A stretch of DNA of 64,000 bases from Camelus dromedarius (GCF_036321535.1 NC_087458.1:14074001-14138000); one strand, 5' to 3'; positions 1-12,949 are shown, counted from the first letter of the stretch. Made by a program: numbers and translations. Notes: generated by a model not told the origin, from the letters alone.

Positions 1-53
1 GCTCTACCAAACGGCATATTCATTAGCAAAAAAAAGCCACTAAGTTAAAAAAA

Positions 54-322
54 AATTTTATTGAAATGTGGTTAATTTATAATGTTAGTTTCAGGTGTAC
101 AGCAACGTGATTCAGTTATACATGTACATACATATACATTTCTTCTTTTCAGATTCTTTTCCATTAGATGTGATTACAAGAAAGTGAATATACTTCCCTG
201 AGGTATATAATGGGCCATTGTTGTTTATTTTATATATAATATAATGTGTGTCTGTTAATCCCCAACCCCTAATTTAGCCCTCCTGCTCTTTCCCCTTTGG
301 TAACCACAGTTTGTTTTTCACT
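54..322 (-). mobile_element. L1 3'UTR fragment
   Basis: T-rich tail followed by TTTATTGAAATGTGGTT...CAGGTGTACAGC...GATTCAGTTATACAT, the same L1 3' end seen elsewhere in the window. Confidence 0.85.
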
Positions 323-573
323 TTTGGGTTGGTTTTTTATACAGCAAGAAACAATGAGAACTTACAAGTGGAAAAAGTGGACTGAACAAAATACAGAGGA
401 ATTATCTTACAATTGCTCTCTATCTTGAAGAGTCTACATACCAGGGGAGAAAAAGTCTCCTGAAGAAGTAACGTTCTAGGCACAGACTCACAGCCCCATT
501 GCTGCTAGGGGATTAGTTCTGCTCAACTTATGCCAGTTGGAGACGAGAGAGTCCACAGGCAAGTTTATACCAG

Positions 574-763
574 CAGGACCAGCATAACTAATGGGGTCCA
601 ACTGTAGAGTGAAAATGCAGGGTCTTCTGTTTGAAAATCAGGAATTATAATTAATATAAAATTATTAAGATGGGACAACAGAGAATTAAATCAATTATGG
701 GACCCTTCTGAGCACAAGGCTCTGCGTGGCTGCATAGCTCACATACCCATAAAGCCGGCCCTG
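574..763 (-). mobile_element. MER91A-like hAT-Tip100 MITE
   Basis: Termini CAGGACCAGC...GCCGGCCCTG, internal GTGAAAATGCAGGG and GGGACCCTTCTGAGC, and a degraded 8-bp TSD (TATACCAG / CATCCCAG). Confidence 0.7.
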
Positions 764-972
764 CATCCCAGCTGAATGGCCTAGCTGGCTGACGTCACAG
801 GCACGCACATCCTAAACCCTAGAACCCCCACTCCTAACCCCAACCCATGCTAATAGTTTCATTTAGAACAAGCCAGACAAAACTGGCAGAACAAGCTGCC
901 TGGGGTCAGGAACCATTTTAGACCTGACTGACCAATTTCATACTTAGGCAAACACACATATCCTCTCATTTC

Positions 973-1730
973 TGTTACTGTTGGGTTAGGTAACAGAGAC
1001 GAGTGTTTAGAAGGACTGTTTACAAAGGTGTGGGAAGGGTTTAAGGAAAGCAACAAAGGATGGCACAGTAGCCCAGGACTGGGAACTTCAGGGAGCTGAC
1101 CCATCCCGAGGTCTGGGGGTTAAGGGGGGAGTCAGGGAGGGAGCAGTTACGGATATCCAGAGAGCTGTGTAGAAAGGATGTCTGTGTCACTTTTTTAGAT
1201 TCCCCGTATAAGTGATATCATATAATATTTGTCTCTGTCTGCCTTCACCTAGTATGATAACATGGATATGTTGCTGCAAATGGTATTATTNNNNNNNNNN
1301 NNNNNNNNNNNNNNNNNNNNNNNNNNNNNNNNNNNNNNNNNNNNNNNNNNNNNNNNNNNNNNNNNNNNNNNNNNNNNNNNNNNNNNNNNNNNNNNNNNNN
1401 NNNNNNNNNNNNNNNNNNNNNNNNCTATTGGATAATGTACCCCAAAAACTAACACAACATTGTAAATCAACTAACTTCAATTGAAAAAAAAAAAAAAAGA
1501 AAGGCCATGTGACAGCAGCTATGGCTTTGGTGAAAGGACAAAGCCAACATGTTGGGACTGCACAGAGAAGGAGCCAGGGGAATAAATAACCAGCCTCCTC
1601 CTCCTCCTCCTGCCCTCAGCTCTCCTACCAGTGCCTCTTCCTGTTCAAATCCAAGAGAAGCCAGAGGCCAAATAAGTCCACCGAGGCAGAGAGTGTAAGT
1701 CAGTCTCATGGGAGCACACGTGAGAGCCAA
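973..1730 (-). mobile_element. Ancient ERVL-class LTR (LTR33-like), interrupted by an L1
   Basis: GGACTGTTTACAAAGGTGTGGG, GGAGCCAGGGGAATAAATA and GAAGCCAGAGG motifs recalled from LTR33-type consensus. Family name uncertain. Confidence 0.55.
1182..1499 (+). mobile_element. 5'-inverted L1 insertion with poly(A)
   Basis: Antisense L1 segment 1182-1290, N run 1291-1424, then a sense L1 terminus with poly(A) to ~1499. TSD-like AGAAAGGATGT (1171-1181) / AGAAAGGCCATGT (1498-1510). Confidence 0.75.
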
Positions 1731-4700
1731 GTCTCATTTCTCAGGAAGCTGGAAAAGCCCTCTTTAGAAAATCTCAACATTTCCTCATTTTTTTTTTTCC
1801 ACCTAAGACACCAGCCCAGAGTCACTGTTGGGATCCTCGGGTTGCCATTTCCCCAGCTGCCCTCAGAAGGCAGGGCTGGACTGGGTAGCTGAAGGCAGTG
1901 ATGAAGGCGGTGATGGTGAAGCTAGAACTGGCCGAGGCCAGCCCTCACCCCACCGCCAGGAGAAAGGAGGGTTAACAGCAAACAGAGAAAGGCCATGAAG
2001 CCAGCACTTAAATGAGGCAGCAAACGTCTCCACAAGCTGACACCTCCTTGAGAAGTAAGTGCTGTCTCAGCGGTTTCTGTGGGACATGCCTGAGGGGGTG
2101 GGGAACAGTCACCACAGGCAAGTTTTCTGAGCTTCAGAACACACTGTCAGCTTGCCCCTTGGCGGCCAAAGCAGTGAGCATGGCCAAAGGGATACAGAGT
2201 GCCACCAAGTCAGCCTCTAAGAGTTGAACTTCCCAGGATGCTCCAAAATGGGCTCAGGCAAGCTTGTTTTGGTGCTTGCATTCTAACTGTAGGGTCCTTC
2301 CGAGTCTGTGGCAATGCTTTTCCTAAGTCATCCTCTCCTGATTTGATGATCTGAGGAGAGACAGGGTGCAGTGACTCTAACATCAGTGAACAGACTGGCC
2401 CCCTTTCTAGCTAGTCCTGCATCTTGTTCTCCTTCCTCGCCTCTTAGCTTCTCTTTCTCCTTGTTTGATTTCTTCTAGTTGATGCTCTACCTTTTAAAAA
2501 TATTTCTTCTTCTAACATCTTTTTCTTTCTGACCTCTCATTCTGAGATTCATTCCCTTTTCTCTTTTCTTCAGCCTCTCTGTGCTTGAACAAAGAGCACA
2601 GATGTCCATGGTTTCTGGACCCACAAGACTTCTAGGACCTTCTCCCTTCATGCAAGACCAGTAGCTTCTCTTTCTCCAGTTGACAAGTATGCTGCTTTTC
2701 CCCACAGTAAGCACCCGATAATTCTGAGCATTACTGGACTACCTAAGGGTGCAACCCGCATGTAACAGTCCATGGTGTCCACTTCACACCAGTTAGGATT
2801 GCACTGACCACAGGCCGTCCCACCTCCTCCCAGACAGAAGCCCTGGAAACCAACACCCCATAGGCTCTGGGGTGGACTGGCTATACATCTTTTCCTGTCA
2901 CCCATCACTCAGGTTAAGTGACTAATCAGAAACCCTACCCTAGAAAAGACAGCCAGGAGTTCCCCTGTTTGCCCCTCCTGACATGTCCAACAAGACATGG
3001 CCATCAATTAATTCTGCCTCTTAGTAAGGCCGCTCTATTTCTTCACCTTTCCCTTTCATTCTGTTCTCTACCCTTCTCTGTTTAGTGAAAATTAGGGTTC
3101 TAGTATACCACAGCTTTTATGTTTAGGAAGATGATGTCACCCCAGGCCACACCCACGAGTCCCGAGGGGTCTTCCATCTGGCCATGCCTTCTTTGGGATG
3201 GCTTCACCCCACTCCCTAAGCTCCCCCAACATCCACACTAACCAAAGAACACTCAGAAAAAGCCCCACTCCTTTTCATCTACATCAACTCCAACCTTGGT
3301 TTAAAGCCCCCTGGGATAGCAGCACAGGAAATCCTAACCATAGCTTTGTATTTTGGATCCCGCCTTTGAAGTACGTGCTAACAGCTATAATTGGCATTAT
3401 GGAAGAAGGTTAAAATAAATTACTTGTAGCTAAGGAGCCAGCAAAGAGAAAATTATCCAAGTCAGCTTGTGTTCGGTCCTTAATCCAACACTGTAAAACT
3501 AAATCCTTGTCACCCTGACTCGTGTTAGTCTGAAGCACAGCACAGGGTTCCCCATCCTGCACTCACTCGTCGGCCGGGAGATCTGGCCCCTCTGGCTGGC
3601 AGGGGCCCTTGGCAGAATTTCAGAATCATAAAGGAGGCACAAGAGGCTCTGGAGAGTCCCATCCCCTCCTGCCACACGTGAGCCCTAAATGCCCCTGCCC
3701 CTCTCCTCAAAAACCTTGACTCTAGCAGCTGAGAAAGGCATTGCCTGAAAAATGTTCAAGGAGTGCCCCTCTCAGCAGTTCTGGTTGTAAATCAAGAGAT
3801 CTTAAAATGGGAAGTCTTAAAGGCCCAAAGGGTTTATTCTCCAGTGCAGGGCCTCAGACATAGTCATGGGAGGCCAATGAGAGCTGTTCATTCACACAAG
3901 GCCCTGCTGTCCATCTCTCGCAGGGCACCAGAGTCCGCCAGGCTGTCGTGCCTAGACACCCCTCAGCCACAGCCTACTTGTGTGATGTGGTGGCAGGGCA
4001 CGTTTCATGCTTTTGATTATAAAAGGAAGCTTATCCATTCTCAGTTGGGTGACTTAGTTATGGTGGTTCTCTGTCTTGTGTATGTACAAGTGTGTGTGTG
4101 ACAAAGAGAGACAGAGAGAGAAAGAGACACCACATACAGGTCTGAGAGAGAGACAGGGAGACACTGGGTAATGGAAGGGGTCACACAGTGCCTGTCCCCT
4201 TCCCAGACCCATGAACTTGTCCTGAGGGCTGACAGGGAGTCGGGTGAGGGCAGAGTGGAGAAGGCTGTGAGTCCCAGGGTTGCTGCCTCAGGGTCCCGGG
4301 ACAGAGCACAACCCTCAGTTCCACCTGCAACCAGCACCTTGAGTCACCTAAAGGACCGGCACTGCCTCTTGGGACCTAAACCAGCAGCCTCCCAGTAGGC
4401 ACCCACAGTAGTTGGGGCTATGACTCTCTCCAGCTGCTTCATGAGCAGAGAGCATCGCAGGGAGGAGCTGGAACAGGAGAGAAAGGTGGCGGGAATTCTG
4501 CCTGGAGACCAGGGCTGATAGACTGCTGCAGCCACAGACAGAAACACTTTGGAGTAGGGAGGGGGAGGGCAGGTAGTAGTGAGGTGGTTGCAGGGTCTAA
4601 AGGTCCCGCGTGCGCGTGCGTAGTGGAGCCAGAGGACGGAATCTTTCATGTTAAACTGCCCCCATTTGCATGCACATGCAGGTGGGGCTCCCGGGGACAC

Positions 4701-7079
4701 CTGAGTTACACACAGGAAGCTGCCAGTGGAGCCAGATGTGTCTGTCCCTTCACAGCACAAGAAAAAATGGATGTGCAGAAGGCAGAGCCCGAGGGAAGTC
4801 CAGCACCCAGCAGGAGTCAGCACCTGGTCCCAAGGTGCACCTGGGACCTGAGCAAGGCTTCTGCCTTCCCTCCTGCTACCCTCAACAGGATCAAGGTGTC
4901 CCTTCCCCTTTGGCATAGTTAATAATGAGGACCCGGTTCAGTGAAAGTGAATTTAGAAAAACCAGAAGGAAAGAAAAAAAAGAAAACTCAAGAAAAAACT
5001 ACCCTGATGGGATCATTTGTGGAAACTGATATTTGTAAATACCCAAGAAGACAGTGAACTCTCGCATACATTTCTGAACCCCACCCCGCTACCACCGTAC
5101 CCAGCATACACATCCCACACAGCCTGCCCTCAACCAATGTTAATGATTCTGGTCCTCGAAGGGTGCTCTGAATTTATGGGACCCAGTCAGAGTGGAGGAG
5201 AATAAAGAGATGAAACCCCCAAATAGTTCCAATTCTAGTTTTTAAAGCTTATAGAAATACCACTATCTGCAAATACAATTAATACACACACTCCAACTAT
5301 TCCAACCGTGTGATACCCAGGGAAAGACACCCTGAATATTCTTACAGGAGGAAGCTATAAAGAAGGCAGGAGGATGGATACATTTACATAGTAATCTTGC
5401 CCTTCTCTTTGTATTAGTTAACATCTTGGGCTTCAGAATAAGGCAAAATTGGAATTTACTTATTAATGCAAAAACAACTGCAAAAAAAAAAATACAATGG
5501 GGGCACAGAGAACGCCTGTGCAGCAAGGCATAGCAGATGTGTCAGTTCAAGTCTTCACCAGGTGGGAGAAAATAAAGCCATTCCGGGTGTCACTGGGACA
5601 CAGGTAGAGCCCTAAGACACGAAGGCTAATAATACAAGAGGATAAAACCCTTCTGAGTGGGGCTCCAGGCTCAGGAGATTTCTGCAAACTATTATCTAAT
5701 TTGATTCCCCTCGCTGCATTACAGGGGGATTTAAAACACATCACCTCCAGCTGAAATGGGTTCTGGTAAATTTCTTGAGAATGCTCACGGATCTCACGTC
5801 ATCCTCCGGGTTCAGGGTCAACGCTACATTAATGACCCACCATTCATCCGCTGGGTAATTCGCTCCCTGGCAACCTACTTTATTTCTGCTGTATGAATTC
5901 AGGAAGCAATTAATAGTTGCCACTAAAGCAACACGATTGAGGGTGCTTTTCCCAATGAAACTGCAGAGCAAGGCACTTCTCTTGCCCCAGGGCAGAGAAG
6001 GGAGGCAAAGCAGATTGGGGCAAAGTACTAAATAGGTTTGCTAATGTCCTGTCAGCCTCCTTCCCCTGCTTGGGCAGAAGTTGAGATGACTTTCTGGCTC
6101 TTTCTCTTAGCGTGTTATTTCCACTCCATTTCAAAGGAATCGTTCCTGTTGCTAACAGCTGTCCACGTTACCTTTTTTGACATCCTCTTCGCCTTCCGGT
6201 TCTGTTCAGGCAAAAGTAATTTAATAATAACACCATAAGAATCAGGGAGAGGGAGCCATTTACTCATTAAGCCCCCACCCCCCAAATTATTCCAATGCAA
6301 AAAAAGGAATGAAAATAGGGGCGATCTCAGGATTTGACCTCAACTACACTTCACTGGCACTCTTTTAGGTAGCCAAGGCGGATAGCACCCCATGAACAGA
6401 AAAGTTAAGTGACTTTCCCATCCCAGCACAGAGGGTCAGCAGAGAAGTTCAAATTCAAACAAAACCCCCTGGCTCCCCGCTCAGAGCATCGATTAGGACA
6501 TTCTATCATTCCTCTTCCCTAAGGGGTCTGAGCCATTTGCTTCCAAGCTGCGGCGCTGCTTCTGCTTGGCTGACCCAACCCACCCGCTCAGGCCCCTTCT
6601 CCCGGTCTTACTGCCGAGGGCTGCCCCTCTGACCTAACTAGATACAAGTGGAAGCTCCGGTTGGCTCCTAGGAGGAAAGACTCAGCTGGTACGACTCTTC
6701 GGCCTTTCACCCTTCCCTTTTTAGCCCTACCCTCTTCTCCTTCCTGCCTCGAATGTGACTGCCAGGCTGAGCGGCCCGGTCTTTCTTGGCCACGAAGATA
6801 AAGACCCACGGGCTAAGGAAAGAAGAACCACAGCAAGAGCCTAACTGCTAATGGCGGATGAGCCGCCACACTGACCCAGTACCGCCTACCCTCAGACTCC
6901 TTGTGATGTGCCAAAAACAAACTCCACTTCCAGCTAAGCCAGGGTTACGTGGGTTTCTGTTATTTGAAGCTGAATGTAATTCAATTGAGATTCTCTCTCT
7001 CTCAGAGACACACAGCAGTGTGCACCAATCTTTTAGCAGAAAGCAGAGCTATTCCTTAACATGGTAAAGAATGTCAACC

Positions 7080-8560
7080 TCATACCTACAGCCAACCTCT
7101 CACACTTAAAAAAAATCAAAAGGCATTCATTTTTCTTTAAAATCTAGGAAAAAGGCAAGAATGTTCCCTATTACCACCACCATTTAAATACTTAAGAAGT
7201 TCTGTCTAAAGAGGCAGACACTCCATTAAAACAAGCCCGTCAGCAGTGGTTACAAAAAAAAAAAGAAAGAAAGAAGCAGATAAAACAGACAGAGACATAC
7301 AACAGCTAAAAAGAATGAGATACTATCGTCATTGTTTGAAAATAAATAAAGCCAAGAGAGCAATAAAAAAAAACCCTTAAAATTGATAGATTTAGTAAAA
7401 TAGAGACAAGACAATATGTAAAAATGAATAGTCTTTCTATGATGTTAGTGACAAACAAAGTTTATGAAAGAGAGAAAGGGATTTTATTCACAGCGGTGGG
7501 AAAGCATACACTATCTAGGAATAACCCTAAAAATGTAATATGTGGGACCATTATAATGAAATGCAACTACACTGAAAGATGTAAAAGATTTGAGTAAACA
7601 GAGAGACCTGTCCTGTTCCTTAATAAGAAGAGTGGTTTACCAACGCAATAATTTCCAAAGTTTAGGACAATCCCAGTCAAAATCACAATCACATTTTTTT
7701 CTGTAACTTGGCAAAATAAGTAAACACACAACATGAAGAATGAATTGAGGAGAACAAAAAAGTCTTTATTTAAAATAAAAACTATGGTGATAAAGGCAGT
7801 CTTTCTCTATTATGATACTAAAACATATATTATAAAGCCACAAAAGTTAAAGTAGAATGACACAAGCAAACCTAGAACTGATAGACAAATAAATGAAACC
7901 ATTTAAGTCGCCCTGAAAAGTCTCCTCGAGGATATGCGTTCAGCTTCTGATAACAAAAGTATCATAAACAAATGGAGAAGAGAGAAGCTATTCTACAAAG
8001 GATGTCAGGAAAACTGGATATTGGAGAAAAGTCACTTCTTCACTTGACAATATACAGTAATATGATTCTCGATGGATGGAAGAGTTAAAGGGCAAAAAGG
8101 AAACCTTAAAAGTGACAATAAAGCCTAAGTGATCTCAGGAGTTCCAACACCATGAAGACAGAGACCACGTCTGCTTGTCACCATAATTTCTCTAGTGCTT
8201 GGCATGCTCCTGGCACAGAGAAGGGCTTCCGTACAGATTTGTTTACTGACTAACTGGTATTAATGCCATGAAAGAAATCACAAAAGAAAAGGAGTTATTT
8301 CATTAAGATAAAATGTATGTATATGATAAAAATTATAAAGCAAATTACAAGCTAGGGAAAACATATCCATTAAATATGATAAAGGGTTAATTTATACACA
8401 CATATGATAGACAGTGGAAAGTGTGTTATCAAAGAAAGAATAATAAAAGCAGAAAAGTACAAATGGCCATTAGACATTTGAAAAATTCTTCAAATACATA
8501 TGTAATCTAAAAATGCAATGTAACCCTATAAGTCATCAAATATTTATGAATTAAAAGTGA
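7080..8560 (+). mobile_element. Old decayed L1 ORF2 remnant with a short L2 3' end inside (~8140-8258)
   Basis: A-rich sequence with RT-region-like motifs (AAATCTAGGAAAAAGGCAAGAATGTTCCCTATTACCAC); no intact frame. Confidence 0.65.
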
Positions 8561-8569
8561 TCAATGAAG

Positions 8570-9265
8570 CCTAAAAAGACATTTCTCCAAAGAAGACATA
8601 CAAATGGCCAACAGGGGCATGAAAAGATGCTCAATATTGCTAATTATTAGAGAAATGCAAATCAAAATTAATAGAGGTATCACTTCCCACCCGTCAGAAT
8701 GGCTACCATCAAACAATCTACNNNNNNNNNNNNNNNNNNNNNNNNNNNNNNNNNNNNNNNNNNNNNNNNNNNNNNNNNNNNNNNNNNNNNNNNNNNNNNN
8801 NNNNNNNNNNNNNNNNNNNNNNNNNNNNNNNNNNNNNNNNNNNNNNNNNNNNNNNNNNNNNNNNNNNNNNNNNNNNNNNNNNNNNNNNNNGGAAACTCTA
8901 ACTCAAAAAGATGTATGCACAACAATNNNNNNNNNNNNNNNNNNNNNNNNNNNNNNNNNNNNNNNNNNNNNNNNNNNNNNNNNNNNNNNNNNNNNNNNNN
9001 NNNNNNNNNNNNNNNNNNNNNNNNNNNNNNNNNNNNNNNNNNNNNNNNNNNNNNNNAAAGAGACTCACAGACACAGGAAACAAACTTATGCTTACCAAAG
9101 GGAAAAGCAGAGGTGGAGGGGAGGGTTAAATTAGGAGCCTGGGGTTAACAGATACATACTGCTATATATAAAATGGATAAACAAAAGGACCTACTCTATA
9201 GCACTGGAAATTATATTCAATATCTTGTAATAACCTATAATGGAAAAGAACTTGAAACTGAATAA
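8570..9265 (+). mobile_element. L1 ORF2 C-terminus and 3'UTR fragment (two N runs inside)
   Basis: AAAAGACATTTCTCCAAAGAAGACATACAAATGGCCAACAGG...GAAATGCAAATCAAAA and peptide [16 protein letters not shown], typical of the ORF2 C-terminal region. Confidence 0.9.
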
Positions 9266-9331
9266 CACAATTCAAAAAGGTCTTGAATAGGCATTTCTTC
9301 AAAGAAAACATAAAAATGGATAATAAGTGGA

Positions 9332-9465
9332 GCTGACCCTTGAACAACGTAGGGTTTAGGGGACCCAACCTTCTGAAGAGTCAAAAATCCACTGATAACT
9401 TATAGTCACCTCTCCATATGGGTGATTACTCCACATTCACTGTTCTACATCCTCTGTATCCATGG
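9332..9465 (+). mobile_element. Tigger2/MER8-type DNA transposon fragment
   Basis: CTGACCCTTGAACAACG...GTCAAAAATCCACTGATAACTTATAGTC resembles the Tigger2-family 5' end. Confidence 0.6.
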
Positions 9466-11989
9466 AATGATTACTTAGAAGGCCTGCCTTCTCGGACAGA
9501 CCACTTGCAGAAGGTAAGAGAGATGAGCGCAGACTAGTCAGCGTGGAAAGATGAAGGCCCACCTGGGGCTGAAGGTCAGGGCTTGATCAGAGCTTGGACC
9601 GCACAGCTCAACCGAGGGCTCTGGTTTAAGCCTCCTTCCAAAAGCCCAAGAGTGGCTCTACCCTGATGAGGAGCCCGGTTCTCAACTTGATACTCTCCTA
9701 ATTAGAAGTAAATCCCCATAATACAGGAGAGCCTTTGCGTGTCCACAGTGCATTTTGGCCATGAGTCTCAAAGCATTGACAAAGGAAGCTGCAAGTGAAA
9801 TTACTGATTGAATACATCCAGACACAGAGCAATCCCTGTGTCAATGTTGACAGAGCAGCCCTTTATCGCCCAGCTCCAGGAGGGCGAACATAAAGCAAAA
9901 CCACCAGAGACGCTGGGAGGAAAAAAAAATATTTGCAACTAGAACCATGGAGCCCCATATTCATAAAACAATAATCCCAATTAATAATAACAATTGTTGT
10001 TTCTAATCGTAAAGGTGTGTGGCTCTTTATAGTCTACAAAGCGTTACTCAGATTTCATAATCTCCTGCAATTCTTACACCAGCCCTGTCAGAATTTGCTC
10101 CGCTTTCACACATGAAAAAACTGACATTCTTAAACCTGGCTTTTCTGCCTCCAAACCCAGTGCTCTTTTGATCTCAAAATCATCCAGTTAAGCCAGTTTT
10201 CTTTTTTTGTACTGAAAGACAGTAAATAGTAAATGTGTGTCCAATATAAGGAGTCTTTTTATGCCACCAGCATAATAAAGACTGACTCTAAGTTCAAAAC
10301 CAGTGTTAGAAAGTCTCCCTTAGATTGAGCTGAACGTCTCTCCAGGGAGCCCGTCCCACTCCTTAGCCCGGATGGTCACTACCCCTTCATCTCCAAAACC
10401 CTCCAAGGGCACCTGCACAGCCCCCAAAGGGAACCCAAGGAAATGCAACCTCCTTGATTCCTAATCCCCATACCATGATGTCAATTTCAAAATACTGAAA
10501 TTTCCCCCTCCAAGATCCCGCCCCTCACTGCCATTCTCATCAAAAGTTTTCTATCTGACCTCCCTAGACCTCTATAATCAGTTTCCGTCTTCATTTTGTG
10601 AGTTTTATATTATTCAGGGACAGAACTTGAATTTCCAATTAAACCATTCTATCTTTTTTATTTTCCTTTTTCACATTTGTATCACTAGTAACTAGAGGAG
10701 GAAAGGTAAGCCTCCTTCCTGAGCTGTTCAATTTAAATCTCTATTTAAAAAAAATAAAATATTCTTTCCAGCGCTGCCTTTTCACAATCTATCCAGTGCC
10801 CCCAAGATGAGGATTACCTATGATAGCCCCACGGTCCTTGGATGAGAGAGAACAGAGCATCCTCTTCTCTCAGTTAATTACCATTTCTTGCCTGTACATT
10901 TGATTTCAATAAAGTCTCTCTAATTACTTCAAATATCACTGCTCCTGCTTCCTCCCCTCTCTCCTGTGCCCCTCTTTCTCTTGGATTGCTGAGACGGATG
11001 AACTCAAACAGACCCACAAGCCTCAGGCGTCAGCGGCAAGGAGCAAAGACTTCTCCACGTTAATAAGCCAGGAGAGTTAATAAACCAGACTTCCCGAAGT
11101 TAATAAAGCGGGAAAACACAATTATTACTATTTTTACTATTATTAAAATATTGCCACTATTGTTGTTTGTTATTCTCAGCCTCAGCAGCCGCTCTCCCAA
11201 GCCCCTCCCCCGCACCTGCCCACCTCCCCTTCCTCCCTCCACCCTCACCAGTGGCAGTAATATTGTGTGAGTAATCCCAGAGGGGCTCCCCAGCACTGCC
11301 CCGTTGGAGGAAGCAATATTGGAGCGCGTGCAGCCCTCCCGTCCCTTCAGGCTCAGCTCTGCCCTTTTATATTACACACTGTTCAGTCAAATCCATCACT
11401 GGCCTCCCAGATCTTTCCAATAGGCTGGAGGAGGCTGGATGGAAATGATGATTAAAGGAGCTGGAGAGGGAGGAGGGGAAACGGGCAAATGAGACGGGAG
11501 GGAAGAAATCTCTTGTTGGGTTGGGTTGTGGACATGCCTGAGCTGTCAGTGAGTCTGATTTCCATACGATGGCTTCTGAGGCTCAGTATTTCTCTGCACC
11601 CTCTAGGCAATGTGTGGTTTTCTTAGGATCAACTAGGGATACCTGCAGGTAAGGGCAATATTAACCACAAGTGCCTTCCAGACTCCCAGCAAGTGTGTTC
11701 CTCCTTCACCTGTCTTCTTTCCCTTTGAAGGAATAGCTGCATCCATGAAGAAGGCAGCCTTTTAGAAGTGGCCAGTGGAATGAAACAAGTGGAGAAAGAG
11801 ACATAGGGCAGCAGAACCTTAAAATTCATCTGGGTCAACTCCTCATTTCATGGATAGAGAAAGTGAAGTTCAACGAAGTCAAGTGACGAGGCTGGCTAAT
11901 CAAGGAGAGAACCCAGACTGGACCCTTTGCCTTTTTTTTTTTTTTTTTTAATGAGTATATTTTCTTTTTTTTCTTTCTTTTCAATTTCA

Positions 11990-12140
11990 ATTTTTTATTG
12001 AAATGTAGTTGATTTATAATATTAGTTTCAGGTATATAGCAAAGCCATTCAGTTATACATACATATTTTTTCAGATTCTTTTCCATTATATGTTATTACA
12101 AGAAATTGAATGTAGTTCCCTGTGCTACACAGTAGATACC
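11990..12140 (-). mobile_element. L1 3'UTR fragment
   Basis: TTTTTATTGAAATGTAGTTGATTTATAAT...CAGATTCTTTTCCATTAT, homologous to the copy at 54-322. Confidence 0.85.
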
Positions 12141-12736
12141 AGAGTAGCTACTCTGACAGAGGAGACAAAAATGATCAAGCCATTAGCATTTTTTTTTTCT
12201 TGAAGAAGGTAAATGTTCTAATTCTAATTGATATAATTTTACTTATTTCATAGACTTTGGAAACCTTTGTCTTTCAGTCATTTTAAATGATTTTGGGAAA
12301 AAAATGTTCAATGATTACATAAGCCATAAAAACAATGGGTCGTGAAAATTAAACTCAGTGAACGTAAATGATTCTGCAGTCAGTAAGCTTATTCAGCTTT
12401 GTGAAGATCTAATGTATCTAAACCGTACGAAAGCTTAATCTGTCTGGATGCAATTAAATCTTGAATAATTCATGATGATTCTTCAGTAGAAATAAGATGA
12501 TTCCTGCCTGTTTATTTTTTTTAAATAAAAAAAATGTAAAAACCTAAAGAATAAAATCTTTTTAATTTTCTTTCTGCAGGCGACTGCATCTTTCTTCCCC
12601 AGCTCTTCCTAGGCCCTCCTCCTCCTCTCTGTGCCAACATCCTGGTTATCCCACATCTAAAGCCTAACTCTTCTGTTTCCCCAAATCTGCTCAGTCCCAT
12701 GTGGTCCCTGTTTCAGTGACTAGCGTCACTACACCC

Positions 12737-12949
12737 CAGTGGTTCTCACCTGGGGGAGATTTCGCCACCCCGCCCAGTGGAGGCAGAGCAATGTTTAGAG
12801 ATATTCTTGTTTGTCAAACCTGAGACTGGTATCTAGTGGACAGAGCTCAAGGAAGCTGCTAAACACCCTACAGTGTGCAGGGCAGTGCCCCACAACAAAG
12901 AATTATCCAGCCCAAAATGTCAACAGAGCTGAGACAGGGAAACCCCCTG
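12737..12949 (+). mobile_element. MER20 (hAT-Charlie), near full length
   Basis: CAGTGGTTCTC...CTAGTGG...GCTGCTAAACA...CCCCACAACAAAGAATTATCCAGCCCAAAATGTCAA...GAAACCCCCTG. Confidence 0.9.

Noticed and set aside
790-797. Perfect CRE palindrome TGACGTCA
   Set aside because: A single 8-mer is expected about once by chance in 64 kb, and there is no supporting cluster.
4344-4922. 190-aa and overlapping ORFs in the intron
   Set aside because: No domain similarity, no convincing splice or Kozak support; length within chance expectation for six frames of 64 kb.
8604-9148. ORFs crossing N runs (also at 1.2, 19.8, 23.5, 26.8, 28.9 and 34.2 kb)
   Set aside because: Artefacts of X codons; where visible residues are recognisable they are L1 ORF2 remnants.
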